From assembly GCA_023391375.1 (NCBI GenBank), contig JAEWBB010000005.1, positions 56,165-120,164 on the forward strand: a stretch of DNA of 64,000 nt, given 5' to 3'. A program made the position numbers and the translations under genes. Below are positions 19,723 to 32,007 of this stretch, one piece after another. Each line of letters starts with the position of its first letter. Positions within the stretch are counted from its first letter, which is position 1. The DNA is from Pseudomonadota bacterium. Lineage in GTDB: Bacteria; Pseudomonadota; Alphaproteobacteria; Sphingomonadales; Sphingomonadaceae. Under the pieces are notes generated by a model. That model saw only the letters and a list, made by a program, of their open reading frames with translations. It was not told where the DNA came from and did no database searches.

Positions 19723-20928
19723 ATGAACAAGCCGCTTCCCCGTGCCGTCTGGGTGCTTGGCGTCGTCAGCCTGCTGATGGACATGTCGAGCGAGATCATC
19801 CACGCGCTGCTGCCCGCATTCCTGACGGTCACGCTGGCATTGCCGGTGGCGGCGATGGGCGCGCTCGACGGGATCGCGGAAGGCACCGCCAACCTGGCCA
19901 AGCTCGCGTCAGGCGCGCTGTCCGACCGCCAGCAACGGCGCAAGCCGTGGATCGTGCTGGGCTACGGCATGGCGGCGCTGTCGAAGCCGCTGTTCCCGCT
20001 CGCCTCGGGCGTGGTGCCGGTACTGGGCGCGCGGCTGGTGGACCGGATCGGCAAGGGCATCCGCGGCGCCCCGCGCGACGCGCTGATCGCCGATACCACG
20101 CCGGCCGACCGGCGCGGCGCGGCGTTCGGTCTCCGGCAGGCGATGGACACGGTGGGCGCCTTCATCGCGCCGATCCTGGCGATCGGGCTGATGTGGCTGT
20201 TCGCCGATGATATCCGCCACGTCTTCTGGGTCGCGATCATCCCCGCGCTTCTCGCAGTCGCCGCGCTGGTGCTGTTCCTGAAGGAGCCGGAGCATCCCGC
20301 CGCGATGCCGGCAGCCAAGGCGCGCTGGGCGGGTTTCAAGGATCTCTCCGCGCCGCTTAAGCAGTTGCTGGCAGTGGGGTTCCTGTTCGGGCTGGCGCGC
20401 TTCTCGGAGAGCTTCCTGATCTTGAAGGGGATCGAGGAGGGCCTCGACCTGCGCTGGAGCCCGCTCGTGCTCGCCCTGTTCAACCTCGCCTACCTGCTTC
20501 TCGCTTATCCGGCCGGGGCGCTGAGCGACCGGATCGACCCGAAGCGGCTGCTGCTGCTCGGCATCGGCTGCCTGGTCGTCGCCGACCTGTGGCTGGCGCG
20601 GGCGCACGGGCTGTGGCCGGTCGCCATCGGCGTCGTCCTGTGGGGCGCGCACATGGCGCTGACCCAGGGTGTCTTCGCGCGGATGATCGCGGACGCCGCG
20701 ACACCCCAAACCCGGGCCACGAGCTTCGGCGCGTTCAATTTCGTGTCCGGCATCGCCGCGATTCTCGCCAGCCTGGTCGCCGGCCTGGCGTGGGATCGCG
20801 AGGGGTCGGGCGCGACCTTCTTCCTCGCGGCCATCGTCGCCGCGCTGGCCGGCGCGATGCTGGCGCTTATCCCTGTCCGTCGCGGGTCGGGAACGGCGGC
20901 ATCCGGCCCGCCGCATGGTCGCGCCTGA
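19723..20928 (+). CDS. MFS transporter
   Basis: About 12 TM segments; G.LSDR..RRKP and DRIGKGIRGAPRDALIAD motifs. Confidence 0.92.
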   Translation: MNKPLPRAVWVLGVVSLLMDMSSEIIHALLPAFLTVTLALPVAAMGALDGIAEGTANLAKLASGALSDRQQRRKPWIVLGYGMAALSKPLFPLASGVVPVLGARLVDRIGKGIRGAPRDALIADTTPADRRGAAFGLRQAMDTVGAFIAPILAIGLMWLFADDIRHVFWVAIIPALLAVAALVLFLKEPEHPAAMPAAKARWAGFKDLSAPLKQLLAVGFLFGLARFSESFLILKGIEEGLDLRWSPLVLALFNLAYLLLAYPAGALSDRIDPKRLLLLGIGCLVVADLWLARAHGLWPVAIGVVLWGAHMALTQGVFARMIADAATPQTRATSFGAFNFVSGIAAILASLVAGLAWDREGSGATFFLAAIVAALAGAMLALIPVRRGSGTAASGPPHGRA

Positions 20929-21442
20929 TCCACTGGTGCCAGACCGCGCCGGCAAGATGGAGGACGAGCAGCACGATCAGTCCCCAGGCGAGCAGCTCGT
21001 GGGTTCCGCCGATCGCTTCGCCCAGCGGCAATGTCGGAATATTGATGCCGCCCGCCAGTTCGACCGACGTTCGGCCCGGGCGTGATACCGCGACGAAGCC
21101 GGTCAGCGGGATGACGACCAGCAGCAGGTAGAAAAGGCGGTGGGTCCAGACCGCAACCGCCCGGTCCCAGGTCGGCACGTCGACCGGATAGGGCGGCGGC
21201 GGGCTGATCAAACGCTGGACGAGGCGCATCAGGGTGAACAGCAGGATGACGACGCCGAGCGTCCGGTGCCACATGAACAGGCTGTCCCGCATCGCCGAGC
21301 CCTTGGGATAATCGTGGAACGTCAGGCCGAGGTAGATCTGGACGAGGACCAGCGCGGCGGAGATCCAGTGGAAGGTCGCGGCGGCGGCGCTGTAGCGGGC
21401 GGTGGCCGTCCCGCTCGATTGGTCGACCATGTAATCGCTCAT
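20867..21442 (-). CDS. Cytochrome b561 (CybB/YceJ-like)
   Basis: RY.....FHW, HRTLG, H..FY, HELLAW and LHLAGA.WH heme-ligand His pattern in 4 TM segments. Confidence 0.9.
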   Translation of the reverse strand: MSDYMVDQSSGTATARYSAAAATFHWISAALVLVQIYLGLTFHDYPKGSAMRDSLFMWHRTLGVVILLFTLMRLVQRLISPPPPYPVDVPTWDRAVAVWTHRLFYLLLVVIPLTGFVAVSRPGRTSVELAGGINIPTLPLGEAIGGTHELLAWGLIVLLVLHLAGAVWHQWIRRDHAAGRMPPFPTRDGQG

Positions 21443-22326
21443 CGGCGAACGTGCTCCTCAAGTTCGGGGGTAACGGTCAGGGCGAGAACGGCCTCGAAGG
21501 CCAGTTCGCCGCAAGGTAACGGCAAATGCGTCATTTCGATCCGCCAGCCAGGGATCGAAAGGGCGACGCCAAGCATCGCCGCTGGCGGGGTCGACAGCAT
21601 GTAGGCGAGCAGCTGCTGGAAGCGGTAATTGTCGCGCGGGTTGGCCAGCCGCACGCCGGCACGCGCCGACTGCAGCGGTGCGCCGGCCACCAGTATGGTT
21701 TCGGCCTCCGGGCTGATGGCGCAGCGCCAGCCGTGGCGATTGACCAGAATCACGGCCTTGCCCACCGCGTCCATGTCTCCGAGCGCGATCGCCGCGCCGT
21801 CCCCGGCCAGCGTCGCCTCGACCTTGATCGAGCGCGCCGTGACCCGGCAAAGCCGATCGAACAGCGCCAGCGTTTCAGGCGTACAGGCACCATCCGCCTC
21901 GGTCCGCATCAGCGCCAGGCCGAGGAAGCCCGTCTCGTCCTGCGCAAAGATGGTCTGGCAGCCGAACGGCATGCCCAGCGCGTGGACGACCTCGTCGTAG
22001 CGGCCGGCCGGCCGTTCGGCCCGATAGGCGGCGTAGTGGCCGTCGTGCTGGATCTGGAAGGGCACGGTCGAGGTGCCGACCCGCCAATTGGCCTCGCCCC
22101 ACATCACCGGATCGGCGAAGCTTTCGGCGAAGATCGCCGGGTCGTAGCCGGTCAGGATGTTAAGGCTGGGCACCGGCCCGCCGAGACTGACGAGGTTGGT
22201 CCCCTGGCTGCCGCACGCCCGGGCGAACAGGTCGAGCGAGTCCGACCAGTTGCCGCCGAAAGGCGCGTTGACGAGCGCCAGCTCGACGTCGCGAAGGAAC
22301 ACCGGATTGTGCGTCAGCCCCGCCAT
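21439..22326 (-). CDS. GAF/PAS-like sensory protein resembling LuxR-family regulators but lacking the C-terminal HTH
   Basis: Pattern W...L...A..CG...NWRV...FGCQ...GLALMR...VILVNR.G......AE.IL; the protein ends before any HTH. ATGA-coupled to the cytochrome b561 gene. Confidence 0.55.
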   Translation of the reverse strand: MAGLTHNPVFLRDVELALVNAPFGGNWSDSLDLFARACGSQGTNLVSLGGPVPSLNILTGYDPAIFAESFADPVMWGEANWRVGTSTVPFQIQHDGHYAAYRAERPAGRYDEVVHALGMPFGCQTIFAQDETGFLGLALMRTEADGACTPETLALFDRLCRVTARSIKVEATLAGDGAAIALGDMDAVGKAVILVNRHGWRCAISPEAETILVAGAPLQSARAGVRLANPRDNYRFQQLLAYMLSTPPAAMLGVALSIPGWRIEMTHLPLPCGELAFEAVLALTVTPELEEHVRR

Positions 22327-22583
22327 CAGCGCGGAGTGTTCCCTGCCTTCACCGCCTTGTCCAGTGCCAGCCATACGCTCCGCCCGGCGCGCCAAGCGAG
22401 CAGCGCGCCGGCCAGGGCGGCGATCACGGAAACGGCCGGCTGCCCCCACGCCGGCCACGGCTCGCTACCGAACAGGAACAGGTTCGCAATGCCGGTCGCC
22501 AGCGACCCCGCCGCCGCAAGCCCGATCACGCCGCCGATCGCGGCGGCGATGAGCGTCAGGAGCAGGCGGACGGCGGGGTGCAC
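22326..22583 (-). CDS. Small membrane protein
   Basis: GTG start just after the FadB-like gene's stop; two long hydrophobic segments; TGATG coupling to the next gene. Confidence 0.6.
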   Translation of the reverse strand: MHPAVRLLLTLIAAAIGGVIGLAAAGSLATGIANLFLFGSEPWPAWGQPAVSVIAALAGALLAWRAGRSVWLALDKAVKAGNTPR

Positions 22584-22588
22584 CGGCC

Positions 22589-24660
<2,072 letters not shown>

Positions 24661-24664
<4 letters not shown>

Positions 24665-25410
24665 GCGGAAGTCCGTCCGTAGCTTTGATGGTTGAAGGGG
24701 TGGGAAGCGGAAAGGCCGCCGTCGACGACGATGGCCTGCCCATTGACGTAGCTGGCCTCGTCCGAGGCGAGGAACAGTGCGGCGTTGGCGATCTCTACGG
24801 CCGAGCCGCCGCGCTTCATGGGGTTCAAATGGCCGATCATCTGTTCCTGCCCCTTGGCGCGGGCGCGGTCGAAGATGAATTCGGTCATGCCGGTTTCGAT
24901 GAGGCCGGGGCAGATGGCGTTCACGCGGATGCCCGAACCGACCATCTGGGTCGCGGCGACCTTGACCAGGTTGATGACGCCGGCCTTCGATGCCGAATAT
25001 GCCGGGCCGCCCGCCCCGGCGCGAAGGCCCGCGACGGAGGCCGTTGCGATGATCGATCCGCCGCCCGACGACTTCATGGCGGGCGCGGCATATTTGATGG
25101 CGAGAAACGGGCCGATCAGGTTGATGCGCAGGATCTCGGCCCAGGCGGCGGCATCCTGGTCGAAGATGCCGTCGAACCCGCCCGACACGCCCGCGTTGGC
25201 GAACATGATATCGAGGCGGCCCTGGTCGGCGACTACCGTGTCGACCAGCGTCTTGACCTGCCCTTCGTCGCCCGCGTCGCACTCGACGTCGGCGCCCTTG
25301 ATATCGGCACCGATCACGGTCGCGCCTTCGCTCCGGAACAGCTCGACCGTCGCCTTGCCGATGCCGCTCCCGGCGCCGGTGACGATGGCGACTTTCCTGT
25401 CGAGCCTCAT
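24661..25410 (-). CDS. SDR family oxidoreductase
   Basis: [16 protein letters not shown] and RVNAICPG motifs. Confidence 0.92.
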
Positions 25411-26186
25411 AGGCCGACCCCGATGGTGCTGCCGCCGTCGACGATCAGGGCCTGCCCGGTCATGAAGGTCGAGGCCGGGCTGGCGAGGTAGACCGCCGCC
25501 CCGGCGATCTCGCGCGGCTCGCCGATGCGCCTCAGCGGAGTGTTCTTGGTAACCAGCTTCAGCGTGTCCGGGTTCTCCCACAGCGCGCGGGCAAAGTCGG
25601 TCTTGATCAGTCCCGGCGCGATGCAGTTCACCCGCACGCCCTTCGGTCCGAACTCGGCGGCGAGGTTGCGGGCGAGCTGGAAATCCGCCGCCTTGGAGAT
25701 GTTGTAGGCGCCGATCACGGTCGAGCTGGTCAGCCCGCCGATCGAGGAGACGATGATGATCGAGCCTTCCTCGCGCTCCAGCATCTCCGGCGCGACCATC
25801 GAAATCAGCCAATGATTGGCGATGACGTTGTTCTCAAGGATCTTGCGGAACTGGTCGTCGGCGATGCCGGCCATTGGCCCGTAATAGGGGTGCGACGCCG
25901 CGTTGCAGACGAGGATGTCGATCTTGCCAAACGCCTTGCGCGTCGCATCGGCCAGCGCCTGAAGGTCGTCCTTGGACGAGATGTTGGCGGCCACGGCCAG
26001 CGCCGTCCCCTCGCCATGCGCGGCGTTGATCTCAGCCGCGGTCTCGTCGCAGGCGTCCTGCTTGCGGCTGGAAATGACGACCTTGGCGCCCTGCTCGGCC
26101 ATCGCCTCGGCGATCGCCTTGCCGATCCCGCGCGAGGACCCTGTGATGACAGCGACCTTGCCCGAAAGATCGAACAGTCCGCTCAT
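25407..26186 (-). CDS. SDR family oxidoreductase
   Basis: [13 protein letters not shown] and RVNCIAPG motifs. Confidence 0.92.
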   Translation of the reverse strand: MSGLFDLSGKVAVITGSSRGIGKAIAEAMAEQGAKVVISSRKQDACDETAAEINAAHGEGTALAVAANISSKDDLQALADATRKAFGKIDILVCNAASHPYYGPMAGIADDQFRKILENNVIANHWLISMVAPEMLEREEGSIIIVSSIGGLTSSTVIGAYNISKAADFQLARNLAAEFGPKGVRVNCIAPGLIKTDFARALWENPDTLKLVTKNTPLRRIGEPREIAGAAVYLASPASTFMTGQALIVDGGSTIGVGL

Positions 26187-27430
26187 GCGCCCACCGGCGG
26201 GTGCTTGGCGAATTCGGCGAGCGCGATCGAACGGTTGTGGACCTCGTCCGGCCCGTCGGCGAGGCGCAAGGTGCGGATGCCGGCCCAGCTGTGCGCCAGC
26301 GGCGTGTCCTGGCTGACGCCCGCGCCACCGAACGCCTGGATCGCGTCGTCGATCACCTGCAGCGCCATGCGCGGCGCCTTGACCTTGATCATCGCGATCT
26401 CGGCCTTGGCCGCCTTGTTGCCGACCTTGTCCATCATGTCCGCCGCCTTGAGGCAGAGGAGTCGCGTACAGTCGATCTCGATCCGCGCCTCGGCGACCCG
26501 TTGCTCCCACACGCTGTGCGAGGCGATGGTCTTGCCGAAGGCGGTGCGCGACTGGAGCCGCTGGCACATTAGGGCGAGCGCTTCCTCGGCCGCGCCGATG
26601 GTCCGCATGCAGTGGTGGATGCGGCCCGGGCCAAGGCGGCCTTGCGCGATCTCGAACCCCCGGCCCTCGCCGAGCAGCAGGTTCGACGCCGGGACGCGGA
26701 CGTTCTCCAACTTGATTTCCATATGGCCGTGCGGCGCGTCGTCGTAACCATAGACGCTGAGGTGGCGGACTACGGTGATGCCCTCGGCGTCCATCGGAAC
26801 GAGGATCATCGATTGCTGCTGGTGCTTCCTCGCCTCGGTGTCGGTCTTGCCCATCAGGATCGCGACCTTGCAGCGCGGATCGCCCGCTCCGCTCGACCAC
26901 CATTTGCGGCCGTTGATCACGTATTCGTCGCCGTCGCGGTCGATCCGGCACTCGATATTGGTCGCGTCGGACGAGGCGACGCCCGGCTCGGTCATCAAAA
27001 AGGCCGACCGGATTTCGCCGCGCATCAGCGGAGCCAGCCACTGGTCCTTCTGCTCGCGCGTGCCGTAGCGGTGGAGCACTTCCATGTTGCCGGTGTCGGG
27101 CGCGGCGCAGTTGAACACCTCGCTCGACCACAGGATGTGGCCCATTTCCTCGGCGCACAGCGCGTATTCGAGGTTGGTCAGCTGTTCACCCTCGAACGGG
27201 AAGCTTTCGTCGACATGCTGGAGCGCGCCGCCCGGCGGCATGAACAGGTTCCACAAGCCGGCCGCCTTGGCCTTGGGTTTGAGGTCCTCGATGACGTCGA
27301 GAACCTTCCACCGGCCGCCGTCGGCCTGCTGGCGATGATAATCGCCGACTCGGGGCCGGACCTCGGCATCGAAAAAGGCCTTCACGCGGTCGCGGAAGAA
27401 AGCCTGCCGTTCCGTAAGGTCAAAGTCCAA
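26183..27430 (-). CDS. Acyl-CoA dehydrogenase (ACAD10/11-like)
   Basis: [37 protein letters not shown] and ADGPDEVH motifs; TTG start. Confidence 0.95.
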   Translation of the reverse strand: MDFDLTERQAFFRDRVKAFFDAEVRPRVGDYHRQQADGGRWKVLDVIEDLKPKAKAAGLWNLFMPPGGALQHVDESFPFEGEQLTNLEYALCAEEMGHILWSSEVFNCAAPDTGNMEVLHRYGTREQKDQWLAPLMRGEIRSAFLMTEPGVASSDATNIECRIDRDGDEYVINGRKWWSSGAGDPRCKVAILMGKTDTEARKHQQQSMILVPMDAEGITVVRHLSVYGYDDAPHGHMEIKLENVRVPASNLLLGEGRGFEIAQGRLGPGRIHHCMRTIGAAEEALALMCQRLQSRTAFGKTIASHSVWEQRVAEARIEIDCTRLLCLKAADMMDKVGNKAAKAEIAMIKVKAPRMALQVIDDAIQAFGGAGVSQDTPLAHSWAGIRTLRLADGPDEVHNRSIALAEFAKHPPVGA

Positions 27431-27543
27431 GGCTCGCCCTTTCGTCTGAAAATACGTCAGTTGTGCGTTGAAACGGGCTAGGACGGCGCGGGGCCGAGGG
27501 CAAGGCAGGAACGGACGCGAGCGCCCGCCCGTTGGTGCGGCCC

Positions 27544-28047
27544 ATGCGCATTTTCATTTTCGCCGGCCTGGCCTTGCTGGCCGCCTGCCAACCCTCCCCT
27601 TCCCAGCCGTCAGAGAACCGGTCCACCGCCGGTAGCGATGTCGACGCTGACAAGAAGGCGCCGCTCGGCGCGCTCGTCGATCCCGCCAGTTCGGGCTCGG
27701 CGACCGAGGTGGCCCAGCGCTATGCCGACGCCGTGAGTGGCGGGCGGCTGGGCGAAGCGTACGGCCTGCTGGCCCCTGGCTCGGACGCGGCAGGTAACGG
27801 TGCGGCCGCGTTTGCCGCCCGTTTCAAGGACCGGCGCGCCATTGCCATGACCATCGGCAAGGCCGGCGAACCCGTCGATACGGAGGCGCAGAGATTGGTC
27901 GAGGTGCCTGCCGTCCTGAGCGGGCTCGACAAGGCCGGGACTCCGTTCCGCGTCGAAGGGCCGATCCTGCTGCGCGTGACCGACAAGTCGGCCACTCCCG
28001 ACGTCCCGCCGCAGTGGCAGGTCGTCCGGACGCTCTTCCCGGCCTAG
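27544..28047 (+). CDS. Lipoprotein of unknown function (paralog of the next gene)
   Basis: Lipobox LAAC; C-terminal domain aligns by eye with 28084..28713. Confidence 0.75.
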   Translation: MRIFIFAGLALLAACQPSPSQPSENRSTAGSDVDADKKAPLGALVDPASSGSATEVAQRYADAVSGGRLGEAYGLLAPGSDAAGNGAAAFAARFKDRRAIAMTIGKAGEPVDTEAQRLVEVPAVLSGLDKAGTPFRVEGPILLRVTDKSATPDVPPQWQVVRTLFPA

Positions 28048-28083
28048 GCGGAACAGGGCCGGGCAGGCGTCGGTTGTCGCGGG

Positions 28084-28713
28084 ATGCGTAGCTTCCTCCC
28101 CCTCGCCGCACTCCTGCTCGCGACCACCGCGTGCACGGTCAACAACAACCCGCCCGCTGACGAAAACAGCACCGATGCCAATTTCGCGGCCGGCGGCGCG
28201 TCGCCGACGGCGGACACTACCGTCCCGACGGCCACGACGGCGCCGGCCGGCAATACGGTTGCCCCGACACCCGCGCCGAGCAACCCTAACGTCCCGCCAC
28301 CGCCGCACATGGACCCCGGCGGCCCGACCCCTCCGGCCGAGGCGTCGGCGCTGGGTGCGGCGCGGCGCTTGCAGGAATATTGCGACGCGGTGGCGACCAA
28401 GCGCTACCGCGATGCCTATGGCTACTGGTCCGACAACGGCAAGGCGAGCGGGCTGACCTTCCAGCAATTCCGCGACAGCTTCGCCAAATACGGCGCTTAC
28501 GACTGCCATATCGGCAAGCCGGGCGACACCGAGGGCGCCGCCGGATCGGTCTACACCACCATTCCGTTGCAGGTCACCGGCGTGCTGACCAAGGGCGGCG
28601 GCTTCCGGCTGGAAGGCCCGGTGACGATGCGCCGCGTCAACGATGTCGACGGATCGAGCGCCGAGCAGCGCCGCTGGCACATTGCGACGAGCGGCCTCAA
28701 GCCGCGCCCCTAG
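28084..28713 (+). CDS. Lipoprotein of unknown function with a Pro/Thr linker
   Basis: Lipobox TTAC; Y.DAV...Y.DAY..W, EGAAGS.Y and RRVNDVDG.S.EQRRWHI motifs. Confidence 0.8.
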   Translation: MRSFLPLAALLLATTACTVNNNPPADENSTDANFAAGGASPTADTTVPTATTAPAGNTVAPTPAPSNPNVPPPPHMDPGGPTPPAEASALGAARRLQEYCDAVATKRYRDAYGYWSDNGKASGLTFQQFRDSFAKYGAYDCHIGKPGDTEGAAGSVYTTIPLQVTGVLTKGGGFRLEGPVTMRRVNDVDGSSAEQRRWHIATSGLKPRP

Positions 28714-28789
28714 GGAAAGCCGCATAATTTCCGTTGCGATTGACGCACCCATCTGACGGCGCATGATGCGGACGATCAGGAGGGAATCG

Positions 28790-29944
28790 ATGAGCGACCT
28801 GGACGCGTTCCGCGCCGACACCCGCGCGTGGCTGGAGGCCAATTGCCCGGCCGAAATGCGCACGCCGATGAAGTCCGAAAAGGACGCCTGCTGGGGCGGA
28901 CGGCATTTCGAGTTCCAGTCGGCGGCGCAGGAGCACTGGCTGCGCGCGATGGGCGACAAGGGTTGGACGGTACCCGACTGGCCGGCGGCCTATGGCGGCG
29001 GCGGCCTCTCCCCGGCCGAGGCCAAGGTCGTGAAAGAGGAAATGGCCGCGATCGGCGCGCGCTCGCCGCTGACCAGCTTCGGCATTTCGATGCTCGGCCC
29101 GGCGCTGCTGAAATATGGCACCGAGGAGCAGAAGCAGCGCTTCCTGCCTGAAATCGCCAAGGGCCAGATCCGCTGGTGCCAGGGCTATTCCGAACCGGGT
29201 GCGGGCAGCGACCTTGCCGGCCTGCAGACCAAGTCGGAAGACAAGGGCGACCACTGGCTGGTCAACGGCCAGAAGGTGTGGACCAGCTACGCCGACCAGG
29301 CCGACTGGATCTTCTGCCTCGTCCGCACCTCCACGGAATCGAAGCATGGCGGCATCAGCTTCCTGCTGTTCGACATGGAAAGCCCCGGCGTATCCACCAA
29401 GCCGATCCTGCTGATCAGCGGCTACTCCCCCTTCTGCGAGACCTTCTTCGACGATGTGTCGGTCCCGAAGGACCAGGTGGTCGGGGAGGTCAACAAGGGC
29501 TGGGACGTCGCCAAATACCTCCTCGGTCACGAACGCGAGATGATCAGCGGCATGGGGCTGGGCGGCGGGTCGCTCACGCTGGGCAAGGCGGTCGGCAAGA
29601 TCGACGACCCGCTGCTCGCCGCGCAGATCGCCGACTTCGACGTCGACGCGCTGGCATTCGCGGCAATGAGCGAGAAATTCATAGACGAGCTGAAGGCGGG
29701 CGAGGCGCATCCCGCCATGCCGAGCATGATGAAATATGCCGGGACCGAGCTGAACAAGCAGCGCCACGAACTGGCGATGGCGGCCGGCGGCAGCGACACG
29801 CTGGAATGGGACAGCGATCGCTCGAAGGGCGGCAAGGCGGCGCGCGACTGGCTGCGCACGAAGGCCAATTCGATCGAGGGCGGCACATCCGAAATCCAGC
29901 TCGGCATTGTCGCCAAGCATATCCTGCGCCTGCCCGGAGCCTGA
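28790..29944 (+). CDS. Acyl-CoA dehydrogenase (large-subunit type)
   Basis: WCQGYSEPGAGSDLA, NGQKVWTS and SIEGGTSEIQ motifs; AGGAGG RBS. Confidence 0.95.
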   Translation: MSDLDAFRADTRAWLEANCPAEMRTPMKSEKDACWGGRHFEFQSAAQEHWLRAMGDKGWTVPDWPAAYGGGGLSPAEAKVVKEEMAAIGARSPLTSFGISMLGPALLKYGTEEQKQRFLPEIAKGQIRWCQGYSEPGAGSDLAGLQTKSEDKGDHWLVNGQKVWTSYADQADWIFCLVRTSTESKHGGISFLLFDMESPGVSTKPILLISGYSPFCETFFDDVSVPKDQVVGEVNKGWDVAKYLLGHEREMISGMGLGGGSLTLGKAVGKIDDPLLAAQIADFDVDALAFAAMSEKFIDELKAGEAHPAMPSMMKYAGTELNKQRHELAMAAGGSDTLEWDSDRSKGGKAARDWLRTKANSIEGGTSEIQLGIVAKHILRLPGA

Positions 29945-29948
29945 CATC

Positions 29949-31076
29949 ATGATGATCCTCAACGACGACCAGCGCATGCTGCAGGACACCGTTCGGCCCT
30001 TCATGGCGGATGAGGGTGCGATCAAGACGCAGCTGCGCCATTGGCGCGAGATCGGGTGCCAGGACGGCTTCGGCCACGGACTTTGGAAAGCATTCGGCGA
30101 GATGGGGCTGGCCGGCATCCTGATCCCGGAAGGCCAGGGCGGCGCGGGGCTGGGCCAAGTCGAGGCCAACCTCGTGCTGGAAGAAATCGGCCGCAACCTC
30201 ACCCCCTCCCCCTTCCTCTCGACCGCCGTCGCGGCGGTTCGGGCGCTCGAAGGGTCGGCGCAGGCGGAGCGCTGGTTCCCCGGCATCGCCGCGGGCGAAA
30301 CGGTCGCCGCGCTGGCGATCGACGAAGGGCGTCACCACAACCCGGCGGCGACGGCGCTGGAGGCCAAGCGGCAGGGGAACGGCTTTGTCCTCAACGGCAC
30401 CAAGCAGTTCGTCGTCCAGGGCCGCAGCGCCGATGTCATCCTGGTCGCGGCGCGGACGGGCGGCTCGGCGGGGGAGACCGAGGGCCTGACCCTGTTCGCG
30501 CTGCCCAAGAGCGTGACCGGCGTCGAGCTTGAGAATGTCGCGCTGGCCGACAGCTCGAAGGCCGCGCGGCTGACCCTTTCGAATGTCGCGCTCGACGCCG
30601 ACGCGGTGGTCGGCGAGGTCGATGGCGGCTGGACGCCCCTATCGCGTGCGCTCAGCGCCGGCCGCGCTGGCGCGGCGTCGGAGCTGGTCGGCGTCGCCGC
30701 GGGCGCGAGCGAGATGACCTTCGACTATCTCAAGCAGCGCAAGCAGTTCGGGCGTCTGATCGGCGAATTTCAGGTGCTCCAGCACCGCGCCGCGCACCTT
30801 TACGGCGAGGTCGAGATCGCCCGCGCCGCCGCGCTCAAAGCCGCGCAGCTGCTCGACGAAGGCAGCGACCGCGCCGGCCTGATGGTCGCGGTGGCCAAGG
30901 CCAAGGCGGGCAAGGCCGCACGGCTGGCGGTGCAGGAAGGCGTGCAGATGCACGGCGGCATCGGCATGACCGACGAGCATGACATCGGCCTCTACATGAA
31001 GCGGCAGGCGGTGCTCGACGAACTGTTCGGCAGCCCCCGCTTCCACGCCGCAGAGGTCGGGCGGTTAAGCGCCTAA
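29949..31076 (+). CDS. Acyl-CoA dehydrogenase (small/partner-subunit type)
   Basis: EEIGR.L.PSP, RKQFGRLIG.FQ.LQHR and QMHGGIGMT.E motifs; tandem with the previous gene as in heteromeric ACADs. Confidence 0.93.
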   Translation: MMILNDDQRMLQDTVRPFMADEGAIKTQLRHWREIGCQDGFGHGLWKAFGEMGLAGILIPEGQGGAGLGQVEANLVLEEIGRNLTPSPFLSTAVAAVRALEGSAQAERWFPGIAAGETVAALAIDEGRHHNPAATALEAKRQGNGFVLNGTKQFVVQGRSADVILVAARTGGSAGETEGLTLFALPKSVTGVELENVALADSSKAARLTLSNVALDADAVVGEVDGGWTPLSRALSAGRAGAASELVGVAAGASEMTFDYLKQRKQFGRLIGEFQVLQHRAAHLYGEVEIARAAALKAAQLLDEGSDRAGLMVAVAKAKAGKAARLAVQEGVQMHGGIGMTDEHDIGLYMKRQAVLDELFGSPRFHAAEVGRLSA

Positions 31077-31450
31077 GGCCGCTCGAGCAGAAAGTTGATC
31101 CGCGCGGCGGCGACCGGCTTGGCCCGGTCCGCCTGCCACGCCACGGCCTCGACGTTGGCCATGCGGTTGCCGAGCCGCTCGACTGTCGCCTCGGCGTGCG
31201 TGTCGCCCAGCTTGGCCAGCCCGCCGCGCATATAGTCGATGGTCACGGTGACCGGCTTCATCGCCACCCGCGCATCGCCGATGGCGGAGGTCAGCCGGGT
31301 GTAGGCCGCAAACTCCAGCAAGCCGGCGATCGCCCCTCCGTGGAGCCAGCCGGGCCGGCCCATCACGCCGTCGGCGAACGGCATGACGATCCGTCCGTCA
31401 TTTTCGATCCGAAGGTCCAGCAGTCGTGCGTAGGGGGGAAGCGCGTCCAT
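31073..31450 (-). CDS. PaaI family hot-dog thioesterase
   Basis: LHGGAIAGLLE and IDYMR motifs. Confidence 0.88.
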   Translation of the reverse strand: MDALPPYARLLDLRIENDGRIVMPFADGVMGRPGWLHGGAIAGLLEFAAYTRLTSAIGDARVAMKPVTVTIDYMRGGLAKLGDTHAEATVERLGNRMANVEAVAWQADRAKPVAAARINFLLERP

Positions 31451-31468
31451 GCCGCGCCGCCTAGCAGG

Positions 31469-31621
31469 TCACACCCTGCTCTTGTAGCCCGAGACAGCGC
31501 CGAGGACGAAGCTGGCGAACAGGGCGAGCTGGATCTTCCCTTCGGGATCGGACCAGCCGAAATACTCCGCCCCCCAGCCGAACAGCGCAACAAAGATGGC
31601 ACATGCCAGCCCGACGATCAT
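31469..31621 (-). CDS. 50-aa two-TM membrane protein
   Basis: GGAGG RBS before ATG 31621; MIVGLACAIFVALFGWGAEYFGWSDPEGKIQLALFASFVLGAVSGYKSRV. Confidence 0.65.
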   Translation of the reverse strand: MIVGLACAIFVALFGWGAEYFGWSDPEGKIQLALFASFVLGAVSGYKSRV

Positions 31622-31770
31622 CGAAATACCCTCCACTGCACCGCGCGAGGCCGAGTCCGCGGCGGCGAACGTCGAAGGATGCTGCTGGAGGGTTTCGACT
31701 TTGTAAAGCTTGCCGTCAGGGGCGGCGCACGCCATAGGGCCCGCATTCTGGAGGCAAGGAGCGTCAGGCC

Positions 31771-32007
31771 ATGAAAGCGCGGGTGTTCGTCACGTTGAAG
31801 CCGGGCGTCCTCGACCCCCAGGGCCGTGCCATCCACCATGCGCTCGAAGGGCTCGGCTTTTCCGGTATTTCGGGCGTCCGCGCCGGCAAGCTGATTGAGC
31901 TCGACCTCGACGAGGACAAGAGCGACGACGAGATTGCCGACATGTGCCGCAAGCTGCTGGCCAACACGGTGATCGAAAACTTCAAGATCGAGCGGGTCGC
32001 GGCGTGA
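31771..32007 (+). CDS. purS: FGAM synthase subunit PurS
   Basis: [10 protein letters not shown] and LLANTVIE motifs. Confidence 0.96.
   Translation: MKARVFVTLKPGVLDPQGRAIHHALEGLGFSGISGVRAGKLIELDLDEDKSDDEIADMCRKLLANTVIENFKIERVAA

Noticed and set aside
27440..28760. ACGCAC..CTGACG motif upstream of both divergent acyl-CoA dehydrogenase operons
   Set aside because: Short, with different spacing (2 versus 4 bp) and only two instances; could be chance.
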